Virus record (IMG/VR): IMGVR_UViG_3300036466_000103
Location: 1 to 64,000 of that record
Source of the DNA: a virus
Strand: one strand, 5' to 3'
Length of the DNA: 64,000 nucleotides
In this document: positions 45,711 to 54,476 of the stretch, one piece after another
Numbering within the stretch: the first letter of the stretch is position 1
Layout of the letters: each line of letters begins with the position of its first letter
Position numbers and translations under genes: made by a program
The notes under the pieces: generated by a model
Seen by the model: only the letters and a program-made list of their open reading frames with translations
What the model was told of the DNA's origin: nothing
Databases searched by the model: none

Positions 45711-45712
45711 GC

Positions 45713-46024
45713 ATGAGCATTCATAACCGAGTACACGAAGCATATAAACATCAGATTGAAAGAGACTTTAAAGAGTCTAATCTTCCACAAACTATTAACG
45801 GGCTACTAGACTTTCTGTGTGATGACGAAGAACGTGGAGATTATCGAGTCTACCACTTGAATGATGTCTACGAAAAGACTACACTGAAGCAGCGTCTGAA
45901 CGTTCTGTGGCTAGTCCCTGTGTGGTGGATTATTGCACCATTTAAATGGGTATTCACGGGCAACTTCGGAGTTAGCCAGCACAGTAAGTTTGGTAAGTGG
46001 TTAGCGGATCGTACAGGTCTATAA
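45713..46024 (+). CDS. hypothetical membrane protein
   Basis: Hydrophobic segment VLWLVPVWWIIAPFKWVF. Confidence 0.6.
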   Translation: MSIHNRVHEAYKHQIERDFKESNLPQTINGLLDFLCDDEERGDYRVYHLNDVYEKTTLKQRLNVLWLVPVWWIIAPFKWVFTGNFGVSQHSKFGKWLADRTGL

Positions 46025-46062
46025 ATCAATAAGGGGCGAAAGCCCCATGCAGGAGAATTAAC

Positions 46063-46311
46063 ATGACGCCTGAAAATTTCACATATTGGCTACAAGGTGC
46101 ATTGGAACTAGGTCAAGTACAGTCTTTCAATGAAGATCAAGTACGGATTATTCAAGACCATCTTGATTTAGTATTTAATAAAGTGACACCCCTTCGTTTA
46201 CCAAAAGAAGACGGGGATGGCACTAAGAAGTTGGTAGAGATTCTTAAAACTTCTTATCCAAAACCTTTCCTCGGAAACCCACCCTTTGATCTTTCAAAAG
46301 TAACTTGCTAA
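46063..46311 (+). CDS. hypothetical protein
   Basis: RBS AGGAG. Preceded by the hairpin GGGGCGAAAGCCCC (46033-46046). Confidence 0.6.
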   Translation: MTPENFTYWLQGALELGQVQSFNEDQVRIIQDHLDLVFNKVTPLRLPKEDGDGTKKLVEILKTSYPKPFLGNPPFDLSKVTC

Positions 46312-46327
46312 GGAATAGAAACAGTAA

Positions 46328-46714
46328 ATGAATAATAACTAAGTACAAGCAATCAAAGATCTTCAAGAAACAATCTACCAAGGAAATGTTAAAGCTGGGT
46401 GGTGGACATGCTTAACTACGGGACTTCCTAAACCAAAAGGATACGTTACAGAAATTCTAGCTAAGCTTTGTCTCGTACATAGTGAAGTGTCTGAAGCTTG
46501 TGAGGGCGTACGTAAGGGCATTCAAGATGATAAACTCCCAGATCGACCAATGATTGAGGTTGAGCTAGCAGATGCAGTGATCCGTATTCTAGACCTTTGT
46601 GGTCATGAAAATCTTGATCTTGCTGGTGCTATTCAAGATAAATTGGAGTACAATGCTTCACGAGCTGACCACAAGCTGGAGAATCGTTTGGCTGATGGTG
46701 GAAAGAAAGCCTAG
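46328..46714 (+). CDS. MazG-like all-alpha NTP pyrophosphohydrolase with an in-frame TAA at codon 5
   Basis: EILAKLCLVHSEVSEACE...EVELADAVIRILDL...KLEYNASR. The domain needs the residues encoded from 46343. The only upstream ATG (46328) is separated from it by TAA 40-42. Confidence 0.6.
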
Positions 46715-46738
46715 ACAATACACAAAGGAGAGAGAGAG

Positions 46739-47554
46739 ATGAGTGAGAATAAGTTTCAAATTGGAGATCGTATTCGTGTTGTAAATGCCCAGGAAACGTG
46801 GCTAGATCAAGGTTCAAATCTTGACACAATCTTCACCGCTGTAGAAGAAAATGGAAACGCATGCTTTAGTTTCTGCCCAGACACAAACGAAGTTAACCTA
46901 CACACACTAAATGATTGGCCTAATGACTTTGAGCTTGTCGAACGGCCAGTGCTGAGTTTACCAGAACAAGAGTTGACACATGTTACACTTCCATTGCATC
47001 ATCCTGACCCGAAAGAAGTTATTACCCCAATGACACGGGATAAATCAGAGGATGTGTTTATCCCTATTAGCGTAGCGAATGACACAGCAGAATTTCACAC
47101 AGGTGGAACATTGAAAGGCGCCCACACTCTAGTGGGTGAGGCAGGTACTGATTTTGTTATAACCAGAGAGCGAGCGGAACAGCTTGGTATCATTAAGAAG
47201 ACAACACCACTAGGTGTACACCGCCCAGCCTTGGAAGACCGAAAAGTGGGTAAAGTGGGGATGCATATGGTTATTGATGGCTTTCCTCGTGCACTCCGTG
47301 AAGTTGCCCGTGTGATGACCTGGGCAGGTGAGGTTAAAGGGTACAAGTTGAATGATTGGGTAAACCTACCTAATGCTGAAATTGAGTTTCCTGCTGCTGA
47401 GTATCGTCACCAGAATGACAACTCAATTATGAAGTCAGAGGGCACTCCAGCTATTGAACGTACTGACCACGAAAGTAACTTGCTCCACGCTGCACACAAA
47501 GTGTTTAATAGCTTGGCTGAGCTTGAGCTTATTCTTCAGGGTAAGATTAAATAA
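46739..47554 (+). CDS. protein with a C-terminal DUF5664-like domain (the dATP/dGTP diphosphohydrolase N-terminal-type domain)
   Basis: FPRALREVARVMTWAGEVKGYKLNDW...AAEYRH...DHESNLLHAAHKVFNSLAELE matches the pattern of that family as I recall it. The N-terminal half is unassigned. Confidence 0.45.
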   Translation: MSENKFQIGDRIRVVNAQETWLDQGSNLDTIFTAVEENGNACFSFCPDTNEVNLHTLNDWPNDFELVERPVLSLPEQELTHVTLPLHHPDPKEVITPMTRDKSEDVFIPISVANDTAEFHTGGTLKGAHTLVGEAGTDFVITRERAEQLGIIKKTTPLGVHRPALEDRKVGKVGMHMVIDGFPRALREVARVMTWAGEVKGYKLNDWVNLPNAEIEFPAAEYRHQNDNSIMKSEGTPAIERTDHESNLLHAAHKVFNSLAELELILQGKIK

Positions 47555-47584
47555 TACTCTCCTGAGAGATTGAAAGAATTGGTA

Positions 47585-47624
47585 TTGTGTTATCTGGATG
47601 ATTCCTTTATAATGATCATCCAGA
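47585..47624 (+). promoter_or_regulatory. putative promoter with an overlapping 10-bp perfect inverted repeat
   Basis: TTGTGT (47585-90), 17-nt spacer, TATAAT (47608-13). The inverted repeat TCTGGATGAT/ATCATCCAGA lies at 47593-47602 and 47615-47624. Confidence 0.45.
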
Positions 47625-47640
47625 ATTAATTAAGGAGAGA

Positions 47641-48321
47641 ATGTTGTCTGAATTTGATCAAGAGTTTATGAGCTTCAACAAAGTACGCCTGATTGGCATC
47701 ACAACTCCAGTAGTTGATTTTATCCCAGACAGCGAAGGAATTATCAGCTACTGTGCACGAGTTTCAAATCCATCGAACCAAGATAACTTTGAAACAGCAG
47801 ACAAGCTACTGGCGTATTGTGTTCGTCAGAATCCTTGGTCTGTATTTGATATGGTTAACCTTGTCGTAGAGATTGAAACACCACGAGATATTGCACGGCA
47901 GATTCTTCGACATTCAAGTATGAAATTTCAAGAATTTAGTCAAAGATATGCAGAAGCACAGGACTTTGTTGTTCGTGAGACACGAATGCAAGATGACAAG
48001 AATCGTCAGAATAGCTTGGAGTGTTCTGACACTGAGATTGCGGCTGAGTGGGAAGAGCGTCAGAAGTTGTTGATTGCTCGTGTTGAACAAGAGTACAAAT
48101 GGGCTATTCGAAACGGTATTGCTAAAGAGTGTGCACGAGTTGTACTTCCTGAAGGTAATACAATGAGCTACCTCTACGCCAACATGACAGTACGTCAGCT
48201 CATTACATATCTCAAGGTACGAGATGATGAGGGTGTCAGCCAGCGGGAGCACGTTGATGTTGCACGTAAACTCCGGGAGGTTACAGTTTGTAAACTTCCA
48301 AGTATTGGAGGTCTTGTATGA
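47641..48321 (+). CDS. thyX: FAD-dependent thymidylate synthase ThyX
   Basis: ThyX signature LRHSSMKFQEFSQRY. RBS AAGGAGAG. Confidence 0.85.
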   Translation: MLSEFDQEFMSFNKVRLIGITTPVVDFIPDSEGIISYCARVSNPSNQDNFETADKLLAYCVRQNPWSVFDMVNLVVEIETPRDIARQILRHSSMKFQEFSQRYAEAQDFVVRETRMQDDKNRQNSLECSDTEIAAEWEERQKLLIARVEQEYKWAIRNGIAKECARVVLPEGNTMSYLYANMTVRQLITYLKVRDDEGVSQREHVDVARKLREVTVCKLPSIGGLV

Positions 48322-48770
48322 GTGAAATGGCAGTAGAAAAGTTTGATCAACCAATGGAGTTCGATCAATACCTTGGTCAACTTGATATGGAAAAGCATCC
48401 ATTGTGGAAAAAAGCTTGGGTTGATCAAGACAAAGAAGCATTCGAACAGATCCTAGAAGACTTGGGTGCTGATATAAGTTACGGCTATGACTTCCGAGTA
48501 TGCCTGCATCGTAGTCGAATGACTAACCAGGTTGAGTATGGTGTTCGTGTTGGATTCAAAGAACGTACAGACAAGTGGTGGACAGCAAACATGCTAAGCG
48601 TAGAAGACCTAGTACGCACTACTCGTGGTAGTATACGAGCAACGGGAATGAAGGAAGCGTTAAATCAAGAAACACCCCTATCTGCATACGTTGAGGATCA
48701 GATGGCTAAATCCATAATGCATGTGGAGAAAAGTGTAGTGAAAGTTGACAGGGTGTGCTTAGATGTTTAA
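48318..48770 (+). CDS. hypothetical protein
   Basis: ATGA overlap with thyX. Confidence 0.65.
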   Translation: MSEMAVEKFDQPMEFDQYLGQLDMEKHPLWKKAWVDQDKEAFEQILEDLGADISYGYDFRVCLHRSRMTNQVEYGVRVGFKERTDKWWTANMLSVEDLVRTTRGSIRATGMKEALNQETPLSAYVEDQMAKSIMHVEKSVVKVDRVCLDV

Positions 48771-49407
48771 TAGAAACAAAAGCCATAGGAAGCTAGTCTA
48801 TGGTGTTGGTATAAATGATGCTGATTATGCTGTAATTTGGAGACCTGACCCAACAAACCGAAAATTACAACAAACTTGCCCTTACTATGAAAAGTGGCGT
48901 GGTATGTTTCAACGGTGCTATTCAGAAATATTCAAAGGGAGGTACCCTACATATAAAGACTGTGAAGTGTGCCCAGAATGGCACCACTTTATGGAGTTTC
49001 GTGCGTGGATGGTAGAACAAGAATGGGAAGGTAAGTCTTTGGATAAAGACTTGAAGTGCAGAGGGAATAAAATTTACAGCCCTGAAACTTGCTTATTTAT
49101 ACCACAAGAGGTTAATACCTTCTTGAATTTACAAGAAAGGCAAAGAGGTGAACTCCCGATAGGAGTAAGTTTACGGGACGGTAAGTTCAGATCAACTATC
49201 CGTCGAGAAGGTAAACAAAGGGCGTTGGGTTACTTTTCTTCTCCAGAAGAGGCACATCGTGAATGGTTAAAAGCTAAGCTGGAGCAGGCTGCTGAGTTAG
49301 CATCTAAGTATACTGGTGAAGTTTCATACAGGATACTGGAGTGGTATGGGTTGACCTGTTCAGTTGTGGACAGTGACTGTAATAAATCGAATGAGGTGAA
49401 AGTATGA
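48763..49407 (+). CDS. free-standing homing-endonuclease-like protein with an AP2-type C-terminal domain
   Basis: Paralog of 33315..33941. Confidence 0.45.
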   Translation: MFNRNKSHRKLVYGVGINDADYAVIWRPDPTNRKLQQTCPYYEKWRGMFQRCYSEIFKGRYPTYKDCEVCPEWHHFMEFRAWMVEQEWEGKSLDKDLKCRGNKIYSPETCLFIPQEVNTFLNLQERQRGELPIGVSLRDGKFRSTIRREGKQRALGYFSSPEEAHREWLKAKLEQAAELASKYTGEVSYRILEWYGLTCSVVDSDCNKSNEVKV

Positions 49408-49652
49408 CAGAAGTTATTGTTTTCGGTATGGATGATTGTGCTGGTTGCGTTACTGTTAAAGCTGTTTTGAAGGCCAAAGGTGTATTCTTCGTTGAGTATG
49501 ATGTTATGAATACGGAACATATGGCAAAAGCCCAGGAGTATGGTGTTCGTGGTGTCCCAACAGTCGTAGTTAAGCTTGAGGGTGTTGACCACTTCTTCAC
49601 AGGCAGCACAAAGCCTGTTATTGATTCGCTCCTTCTGCATATTGGAGTTTAG
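49404..49652 (+). CDS. glutaredoxin/NrdH-like redoxin
   Basis: About 80 aa with a CAGC active site near the N-terminus and VPTVV. Confidence 0.7.
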   Translation: MTEVIVFGMDDCAGCVTVKAVLKAKGVFFVEYDVMNTEHMAKAQEYGVRGVPTVVVKLEGVDHFFTGSTKPVIDSLLLHIGV

Positions 49653-49655
49653 TCT

Positions 49656-49918
49656 ATGCCGGTGAAGGACATCCGTGACTATGTTAGTTACGACCCTGAA
49701 ACGGGAGTAATGAAGTGGATTAAGAAACCCGGATATGCTATCCCTATTGGAAGTGTAGCAGGGAACGCTAATCCTAGAGGATACCATATCTTCACTTTCT
49801 CGGGTCGTCAGGAATATTGTCACAGAGTTGCATTTACATTGATGACCTCGAACTAGCTGAAGCAAAGTCACTTGAAGTATCAAAAGAATTGTATAAGGAG
49901 TTCCACATTGACAACTAG
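49656..49918 (+). pseudogene. decayed HNH/AP2-type homing endonuclease remnant
   Basis: The 66-aa ORF resembles the N-terminal module of a homing endonuclease (YDPETGVMKW..GY..F..G....HRVAF). After its stop, a shifted frame reads IYIDDLELAEAKSLEVSKELYKEFH, which resembles the end of an AP2 domain. The catalytic core is missing. Confidence 0.5.
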
Positions 49919-50103
49919 AATCCAAACAGAAGGTACGAGTTTTGTAGCTGACTATCCAGAAGCTATTGAATTCATGAACAAGCAACACGTCAACTAACGA
50001 TTGCAGACATTAAAGTTGACCTTGGGGAAGAGACTGTTAGGAAGTCTTTTAAAAAGTATGCCAAGCGGACACCCAAGAAATCTATTAGCAATAAGGATGG
50101 GAA

Positions 50104-50346
50104 ATGACAGTTACGGTTTATGGTACAGAAGGGTGCAGTGGGTGTACTACGCTGAAGACTCAGTTGGACAATGCTGGTATTAAGTATCAGTATAAAGATG
50201 TGATGGATGATGAGAGTGCAAAGGAAGTGCAGAAGCACCGTATTCGTTCTCTGCCAACCACAGTGGTCACACACGAGGACCGCGTTGATTTCCTTGTCGG
50301 CAGTGGTGTGTTCAATGCAATTAAAGATCTTTGCTCTCAAGCTTAG
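50104..50346 (+). CDS. glutaredoxin/NrdH-like redoxin (second copy)
   Basis: CSGC active site and LPTTVV. Paralog of 49404..49652. Confidence 0.7.
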   Translation: MTVTVYGTEGCSGCTTLKTQLDNAGIKYQYKDVMDDESAKEVQKHRIRSLPTTVVTHEDRVDFLVGSGVFNAIKDLCSQA

Positions 50347-50381
50347 CAGTGAAACAGTACAAGACCAACACAGGAGTAAGT

Positions 50382-52559
50382 ATGTTAGTAACAAAACGAA
50401 ATGGTACTAAAGTTGCATTTGATGTAGCAAAGATTAAAGAGAGTGTTGAGCGAGCTTGTGAAGGTCTTGATGTTAACCCTCTGGCTATTGAAGCTAAGTT
50501 TGATGAATTCCTATTTGATGGGATCAGCACTAAACAAATCAACCAGAACATGATCCACCATACAAAGACATTGGCTGGTCCTAAGTCTCCAGACTACGTG
50601 TATGTTGCCGGTCGTCTTGAGACAATGGATCGTTGGGCTGCAACCGGTAGTTATGATATTAGTTTCACTGAGTTTGTGCGTGAGCAACGAATGCTCGGAC
50701 TCTGGAAACATGAAGGTTTCAATAAGTTCTCAGAGGGTGATATTGAAGAGCTTGGTGAGTGTATTGTACAAGAACGAGACTTGGCACACAGCATTAGTTC
50801 TGTAATGACAGCAAATGGGAAATACTTCCTGGCTAATGAATGCTTGCAACATCTATTCATGGGTAACGCCATGGTGATTGCAAGCGTAGAGGAAGAAGAG
50901 AATCGTATGGACTTCACTAAAGAGGTGTATGCGGCTCTGAGTGAGCGTAAGGTGAGCCTAGCAACTCCCTGGAATATCAACCTACGCTCTGGTGGTAATA
51001 TCAGCTCATGCTTCACTATGGAGCTTTCTGATAACATTGATAGCATCTTTGATAACCTTCATGATGCAGCTCGTATTAGTAAGAATGGTGGTGGCCTTGG
51101 TGTTTGCTTTAGTCGGATGCGTGCTAAGGGCTCTGACTTGATGGGTGCTAAAGGGGCATCTGGTGGCATGCTTGGTTGGAACAAGTTGTTCAATGATACA
51201 GCAGTAAGTGTAAACCAAGGTGGTAAGCGTAAAGGGGCATTCACAACTTCCTTGCCAATCTGGCACGGTGATATTGAAGCTTTCCTTGATAGTCAGTCTG
51301 AGCATGGAGACCAACGTGGTAAGAGTCACGATGTAAAACCTCAAGTGCTTATTCCTGATTACTTCATGGTGTTGAAAGATGATGAACATGCTGATTGGCA
51401 TTTGTTCTGCCCTCATGAAGTTGAGGAAGTCCTTGGTATTCAGTTGTTTGCTGTATATGGGGACGAGTTTAAACATGCGTACTTGACTTGTGTTAAAGCT
51501 TACCAAGATAAGTTGCTGAAGGTTGTCCACGTTGTTAAGGCGAAAGCTTTGTATAAGGCTGTAATGAAGCGTCAGTTTGAGACAGGGTTGCCGTACATTG
51601 GTTGGATCTGCCGTATGAACGAGATGAACCCTAATAAGCATGTCGGTAATATCGCTACGACAAATCTTTGTACTGAGAGTTATAGTGTAACAATACCCGG
51701 AAAGTACCAGCACACATGTAATCTGGCATCTATTGTAATGGGACGTGTTGGTATTGATGAGATTGAATACTATGCTGGTCTTACAGCACACATTCTGGAC
51801 AATGGCATTGCTCTGACTAACCCGCCGACAGAGCAGAGTCGGGCACACAATGAGACATTCCGAACTATTGGTGTAGGTATCCAAGGGTATGCTGACTTGA
51901 TTGCTCGTGAGTGGAAATCATTCCTTGACACAGACTTTGCTGCTGATATTGCAGAACGTATCCAACTCGGCTGTGTTAAAGAGGGTTTACGTCTTGCTAA
52001 GGTTCGTGGGGCATACCCTGAGTTTGGTGGGTCTACTTGGAGTACAGGTGAGCAGATTGGCCGGTACATTGAACACAGTAAGGTTCGTAAAGACGAGTGG
52101 GAAGCTCTGAATTCCGAAGTACAAATGTATGGTGTTCGCAACAGTCAGTTCACAAGCCCAGCACCAAACACAACAACAAGCATCTTCATGGATGCTGGTG
52201 CAGGTGTGATGCCTGTCTACGGTGCGTTCTTCTATGAGGATAACACGGAGGGACTTATTCCGGTGTCTGCGATGTACATCAAAGAGAACCCAGTCAGCTA
52301 TATGAAAGATGTGACTACTTTCAAACCCTGGGATCTTGCTGCTGTAGTTGGTGCTATGCAGTACCCTTGGATTGACACGGGTATTAGCTCTGAGTATATC
52401 ATGGACAAGAACCAACCTGGGTTTAAGGCTAAGTGGCTGTGGGATACATTGCAAGCTTCATGGGAAAACAAGAACAAAGCTGTCTACTACATCCGCACCG
52501 TGAAGGTTGGGGAGAAACTTGTCAAAGGTGCAGCAGATTGTGTTGGCTGTGACGGCTAA
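50382..52559 (+). CDS. nrdA: ribonucleoside-diphosphate reductase alpha subunit (class I)
   Basis: ATP-cone-like N-terminus VTKRNGTKVAFDVAKI, NLCTE motif, C-terminal CVGC redox pair. ATG 50382 follows AGGAG. Confidence 0.9.
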   Translation: MLVTKRNGTKVAFDVAKIKESVERACEGLDVNPLAIEAKFDEFLFDGISTKQINQNMIHHTKTLAGPKSPDYVYVAGRLETMDRWAATGSYDISFTEFVREQRMLGLWKHEGFNKFSEGDIEELGECIVQERDLAHSISSVMTANGKYFLANECLQHLFMGNAMVIASVEEEENRMDFTKEVYAALSERKVSLATPWNINLRSGGNISSCFTMELSDNIDSIFDNLHDAARISKNGGGLGVCFSRMRAKGSDLMGAKGASGGMLGWNKLFNDTAVSVNQGGKRKGAFTTSLPIWHGDIEAFLDSQSEHGDQRGKSHDVKPQVLIPDYFMVLKDDEHADWHLFCPHEVEEVLGIQLFAVYGDEFKHAYLTCVKAYQDKLLKVVHVVKAKALYKAVMKRQFETGLPYIGWICRMNEMNPNKHVGNIATTNLCTESYSVTIPGKYQHTCNLASIVMGRVGIDEIEYYAGLTAHILDNGIALTNPPTEQSRAHNETFRTIGVGIQGYADLIAREWKSFLDTDFAADIAERIQLGCVKEGLRLAKVRGAYPEFGGSTWSTGEQIGRYIEHSKVRKDEWEALNSEVQMYGVRNSQFTSPAPNTTTSIFMDAGAGVMPVYGAFFYEDNTEGLIPVSAMYIKENPVSYMKDVTTFKPWDLAAVVGAMQYPWIDTGISSEYIMDKNQPGFKAKWLWDTLQASWENKNKAVYYIRTVKVGEKLVKGAADCVGCDG

Positions 52560-52573
52560 TTAGGTTATACTAT

Positions 52574-52603
52574 GGGCTACTTAATCGTAGCCCTTTTTAT
52601 TTT
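52574..52603 (+). terminator. rho-independent terminator/attenuator
   Basis: Stem GGGCTAC/GTAGCCC, then TTTTTATTTT. Confidence 0.7.
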
Positions 52604-52617
52604 CAGGAGAAACATAG

Positions 52618-53646
52618 TTGAATAATATCCACATGTCACCAGTTAAACTCTTCAATGCATCTGGTAGTGATTCTTATGAGGATCAGGCCATCATTGGAGG
52701 CAACCCTACTGGTATTGCTAACTTAAACAATGTACGCTATTCGTGGGTGCAGCCTCTCTACCGTAAGATGGTAGGTAATTTCTGGATTCCTCAGAAAGTA
52801 AGTCTAGTGGAAGATAAGGTAACATTCAAGCAATTGGATGCAGCAGAGGAGAGTGCAGTGCGTCACACCCTTTCTTTCCTCATCTTCCTTGATAACTTCC
52901 AGGTGGCTAACCTACCCAATGTTGCTGAGTTCATTAGCTGTCCTGCTATTCGTAATCTATTGGTTGTTCAAGAGTTCCAAGAAGTGATCCACTCTGAGAC
53001 TTATCAATATATTATGGAAGCTCTATACCCAAGCATGCAGCGGGATGCTATCTATAACATGTGGCGAGATGTTCCAATCCTCAAAGCTCGTATTGAGTTT
53101 ATTGCTGAGATTGCAGAACGATTTAAAGCTTCTCCTACAGAAGATAACTTCATTGATGTGATCATTGCCAATTACATCCTTGAGGGTTTGTACTTCTACC
53201 AAGGCTTTGACTTCTTCCATAACCTTGCGCATCGCAAGAAGCTTGTGCAGGCAGACAAAGAAATCACGTACATCCAGACAGATGAAAATACTCACTTGGC
53301 TATCTTCATCAATATCCTTAAAGAGATGGATGTCAAGAGCTTTGCTGATCGTGTATATAAGATGATGGGTGAAGCTGTACAGCATGAGATTGATTGGGGT
53401 CATTTTGTCTACGGTGATTCCATCCTTGGGATTAGCCGTAAGAGTACAGAGGCACGGGTTAAGACCTTGGCTAACAAACGTCTTAAAGGCTTGGGGCTTG
53501 ATGAGCTTTACCCTGATGTTGTGGACCCATACAAACACATTGAAGACAGCCAGGCTGTAGGTGGAGCACGAGGTAACTTCTTCGAGGCTGGTGCTATCAC
53601 AGCTTATGACACAGCTGACTCCGTTGATGGATGGGATGACTTATAG
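52618..53646 (+). CDS. nrdB: ribonucleoside-diphosphate reductase beta subunit
   Basis: Di-iron ligand regions (EEVIHSETY, ENTHLAIF). Acidic C-terminal tail DGWDDL. TTG start 8 nt after AGGAG. Confidence 0.9.
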   Translation: MNNIHMSPVKLFNASGSDSYEDQAIIGGNPTGIANLNNVRYSWVQPLYRKMVGNFWIPQKVSLVEDKVTFKQLDAAEESAVRHTLSFLIFLDNFQVANLPNVAEFISCPAIRNLLVVQEFQEVIHSETYQYIMEALYPSMQRDAIYNMWRDVPILKARIEFIAEIAERFKASPTEDNFIDVIIANYILEGLYFYQGFDFFHNLAHRKKLVQADKEITYIQTDENTHLAIFINILKEMDVKSFADRVYKMMGEAVQHEIDWGHFVYGDSILGISRKSTEARVKTLANKRLKGLGLDELYPDVVDPYKHIEDSQAVGGARGNFFEAGAITAYDTADSVDGWDDL

Positions 53647-53663
53647 AGACTAGGATACACCAT

Positions 53664-53690
53664 AGCCCTGCCTTGTGTGGGGCTTTTCTT
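53664..53690 (+). terminator. rho-independent terminator
   Basis: Stem AGCCCTGC/GTGGGGCT (with G:U pairs), then TTTCTTT. Confidence 0.6.
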
Positions 53691-53895
53691 TACCCAGAGT
53701 TTGACTCTTGTGCCATCTGACGAACGGTGCTAGACAGAATGCTCATGTGTTGGTGGAGGATCGCTGGTACTTCCTTCCTCAGACGCTCTACGATGCGATT
53801 GACGACACTTACTCAGACGAGATAGGCAACCTTATCTGGAAGCTTACAAGTCGTCTCTAGGGGTCTCACAGGAGCTTACAGGACGTAGCACAATT

Positions 53896-53921
53896 GCCCA
53901 CCTCTTGGTGGGCTTTATTTT
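53896..53921 (+). terminator. rho-independent terminator
   Basis: Stem GCCCACC/GGTGGGC, then TTTATTTT. Confidence 0.75.
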
Positions 53922-53935
53922 GTCTAAAATAAATG

Positions 53936-53963
53936 TTGACAAGGGTAATGACTTGAGTAGAAT
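53936..53963 (+). promoter_or_regulatory. sigma70-type promoter
   Basis: TTGACA-16 nt-TAGAAT. The upstream CTAAAATAAATG tract is identical to the one at 27170. Confidence 0.65.
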
Positions 53964-54007
53964 GGCTGCATACGAGGATTCACATCACGATAGAATTAGA
54001 GGTACTA

Positions 54008-54271
54008 ATGACTGAACCAATGAGCTATGAAAAGTGGAAACACCTATGGAGTTCAAGCCCTTACGGTGAACGTCTTGGACAAGCATTCTGTAATGACTTC
54101 ATGGATAACACGGTAGCCACTCAAATCTTCTATGAGCATGACTATTGGCGGGAGGATGCTTTAATCACTCAGTGGTTGATGGACAATTGCCACTACCCAA
54201 ATGTACCACCCAAGATTGAGAAACTAAGCATCCACTCCACCAATGATGGTCTTGATGAGTACAGGAAATGA
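54008..54271 (+). CDS. hypothetical protein
   Basis: ORF track entry. RBS GAGG. Confidence 0.6.
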   Translation: MTEPMSYEKWKHLWSSSPYGERLGQAFCNDFMDNTVATQIFYEHDYWREDALITQWLMDNCHYPNVPPKIEKLSIHSTNDGLDEYRK

Positions 54272-54275
54272 CCGA

Positions 54276-54476
54276 ATGGATCTGAAAGACCTTGCAATTG
54301 CTGACATGAAGCGTACACTGGCTAAGATCGAACACTCACTACGTACCGCTGGTTCCATTGAGTTCAAATGTTATCACAATGCACGGGATCGGCAGCTTGC
54401 TGGTGAGTTCATCAAAATGGCTAACGAAGCACAGCAATCAATTGACTTCTGTACTCAGATGGAGTTAGGGTTATGA
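54276..54476 (+). CDS. hypothetical protein (66 aa)
   Basis: ATG 54276 follows AGGAA. Confidence 0.5.
   Translation: MDLKDLAIADMKRTLAKIEHSLRTAGSIEFKCYHNARDRQLAGEFIKMANEAQQSIDFCTQMELGL

Noticed and set aside
46328-47554. The idea that the MazG-like plus DUF5664-like pair indicates a 2-aminoadenine (Z-base) genome.
   Set aside because: No PurZ (adenylosuccinate-synthetase-like, GDEGKG) or DatZ (HD-domain) candidate is visible anywhere in the 64 kb. ThyX/NrdAB point to ordinary dNTP supply. The pair is kept only as a dNTP-pool-sanitising hypothesis.
50382-53646. Introns or inteins in nrdA, nrdB or thyX, which are the classical targets in T4-like phages.
   Set aside because: All three reading frames are continuous, of normal length, and carry their signature motifs without insertions.
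53708-53858. A possible 50-aa ORF (TTG start; ...VLVEDRWYFLPQTLYDAIDDTYSDEIGNLIWKLTSRL) between the nrdB terminator and the next terminator.
   Set aside because: It has no RBS or promoter and a non-ATG start, and it sits between two terminators. It may be a gene remnant, but the evidence is insufficient to call it.
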